A DNA stretch of 64,000 nt from Ostrea edulis. Its lineage: Eukaryota. Each line of letters begins with the position of its first letter. The first letter of the stretch is position 1. A model generated the notes under the pieces. The model searched no databases, was not told where the DNA came from, and was given only the letters and a program-made list of their open reading frames with translations. Below, one piece after another: positions 63,108 to 64,000 of the stretch. A program made the position numbers and the translations under genes. Where the stretch lies: NCBI RefSeq assembly GCF_947568905.1, contig NC_079169.1, positions 87,544,001-87,608,000 of the forward strand, in the 5' to 3' direction.

Positions 63108-64000
63108 GTACTGAGTCAGAACGTTAAATCACACGAGTATACTACTGTAACGCCAAGTAAAGAACATTAACACATACATGTATCTAGCAATGTTAAGATT
63201 GTATATCGGGTAATTTTCGCGCTTTTAACGAAAAGCGAAGTTTATTTTGATACAGAGTTTCTGTGTAGCTACCTTATGTTTATCTATGAGGTTGACCTGT
63301 TCATATTTACATTGTTAAACCGCAGATATACTGATTAACAACAGAGATGCATAGTAGTCATTTTTCACTGAATCTTTTCAAATAATTTCTCGTATTTTTT
63401 GTCTAGGATGAATCACCTGATTACTCCTTGTTACGCCTAACGCTGTTGTTTACTGGATAGAAATTCTATAGAATTTGATGACAATGAAATGTGTTTTCAT
63501 TAAATCCTAAGATCGGTTTCTGTAATTCTCTAATGTTGTAAATTCCTAATGCGCGTGATTCAGGCACCAGTAGTTTAGCAAATGCACGGAGTCTCGATAT
63601 TTGATTGTGTTGATAGTCTGTAAATGTGACCGCTTTTTGAAGAATATCGTGTCTGAATGATATTCAACGCAGCAACGCAATACGGGACTTTCAAGATACG
63701 GATCCACTCTGACTTTTATCGCGCGGTGAACGTAATTGTAGGACGTGTAAACTGGTTCCAGGCTGATTGGTGCTACACACAAAGAACGGGTCAGCGGTAC
63801 TTTGGTTAGCCCAAATGAGCCGATTTCATTGGTCAGTTGACTTTATGTCCCACTTAAGAGATTCCGAATGGTAGAGTCGTTGTAGTCTAGTTATGACGTC
63901 AAAGTCTACTCCACTACGTTACTTAGCTTCTAGAACTTACGTACTATGGGTATGTTGTAGCCGTTTCGTAGCTCGCGCTTCATACTTCACTTTATCATGT

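Noticed and set aside
63407-63411. Candidate terminal exon (tctag|GA TGA) for the Sushi gene
   Set aside because: Phase-compatible but only two coding bases. It cannot be distinguished from chance, and the gene may continue.

Overview
AT-rich invertebrate genomic DNA, inferred to be from a bivalve mollusc on the basis of its repeat families and gene types. There is one 140-N assembly gap at 22977-23116. The first ~50 kb is four copies of one block in alternating orientation: arm1 1-9342, arm2 9659-~23200 (inverted), arm3 ~29268-38536 and arm4 38853-~50030 (inverted). Each arm carries a head-to-head pair of small secreted C-type lectin genes (types A and B; eight copies, all with open reading frames) plus a 30-bp satellite array. 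Both palindromes (arm1/arm2 and arm3/arm4) are centred on the same ~350-bp element carrying minimal type-I hammerhead ribozymes, i.e. a non-LTR retrozyme. The inversion junction falls inside the ribozyme. Further retrozyme copies sit at the arm3 and arm4 outer boundaries and at 56.4 kb. The window also holds many fragments of a Penelope-like retroelement with an N-terminal GIY-YIG domain (Naiad-type), two ~2.1-kb non-autonomous Harbinger elements, SINEs and microsatellites. At 56.7-63.1 kb there is a spliced gene encoding three copies of an unrecognised beta-rich domain followed by a Sushi/CCP domain. Caveat: the second-level tandem duplication could be two haplotypes assembled side by side.
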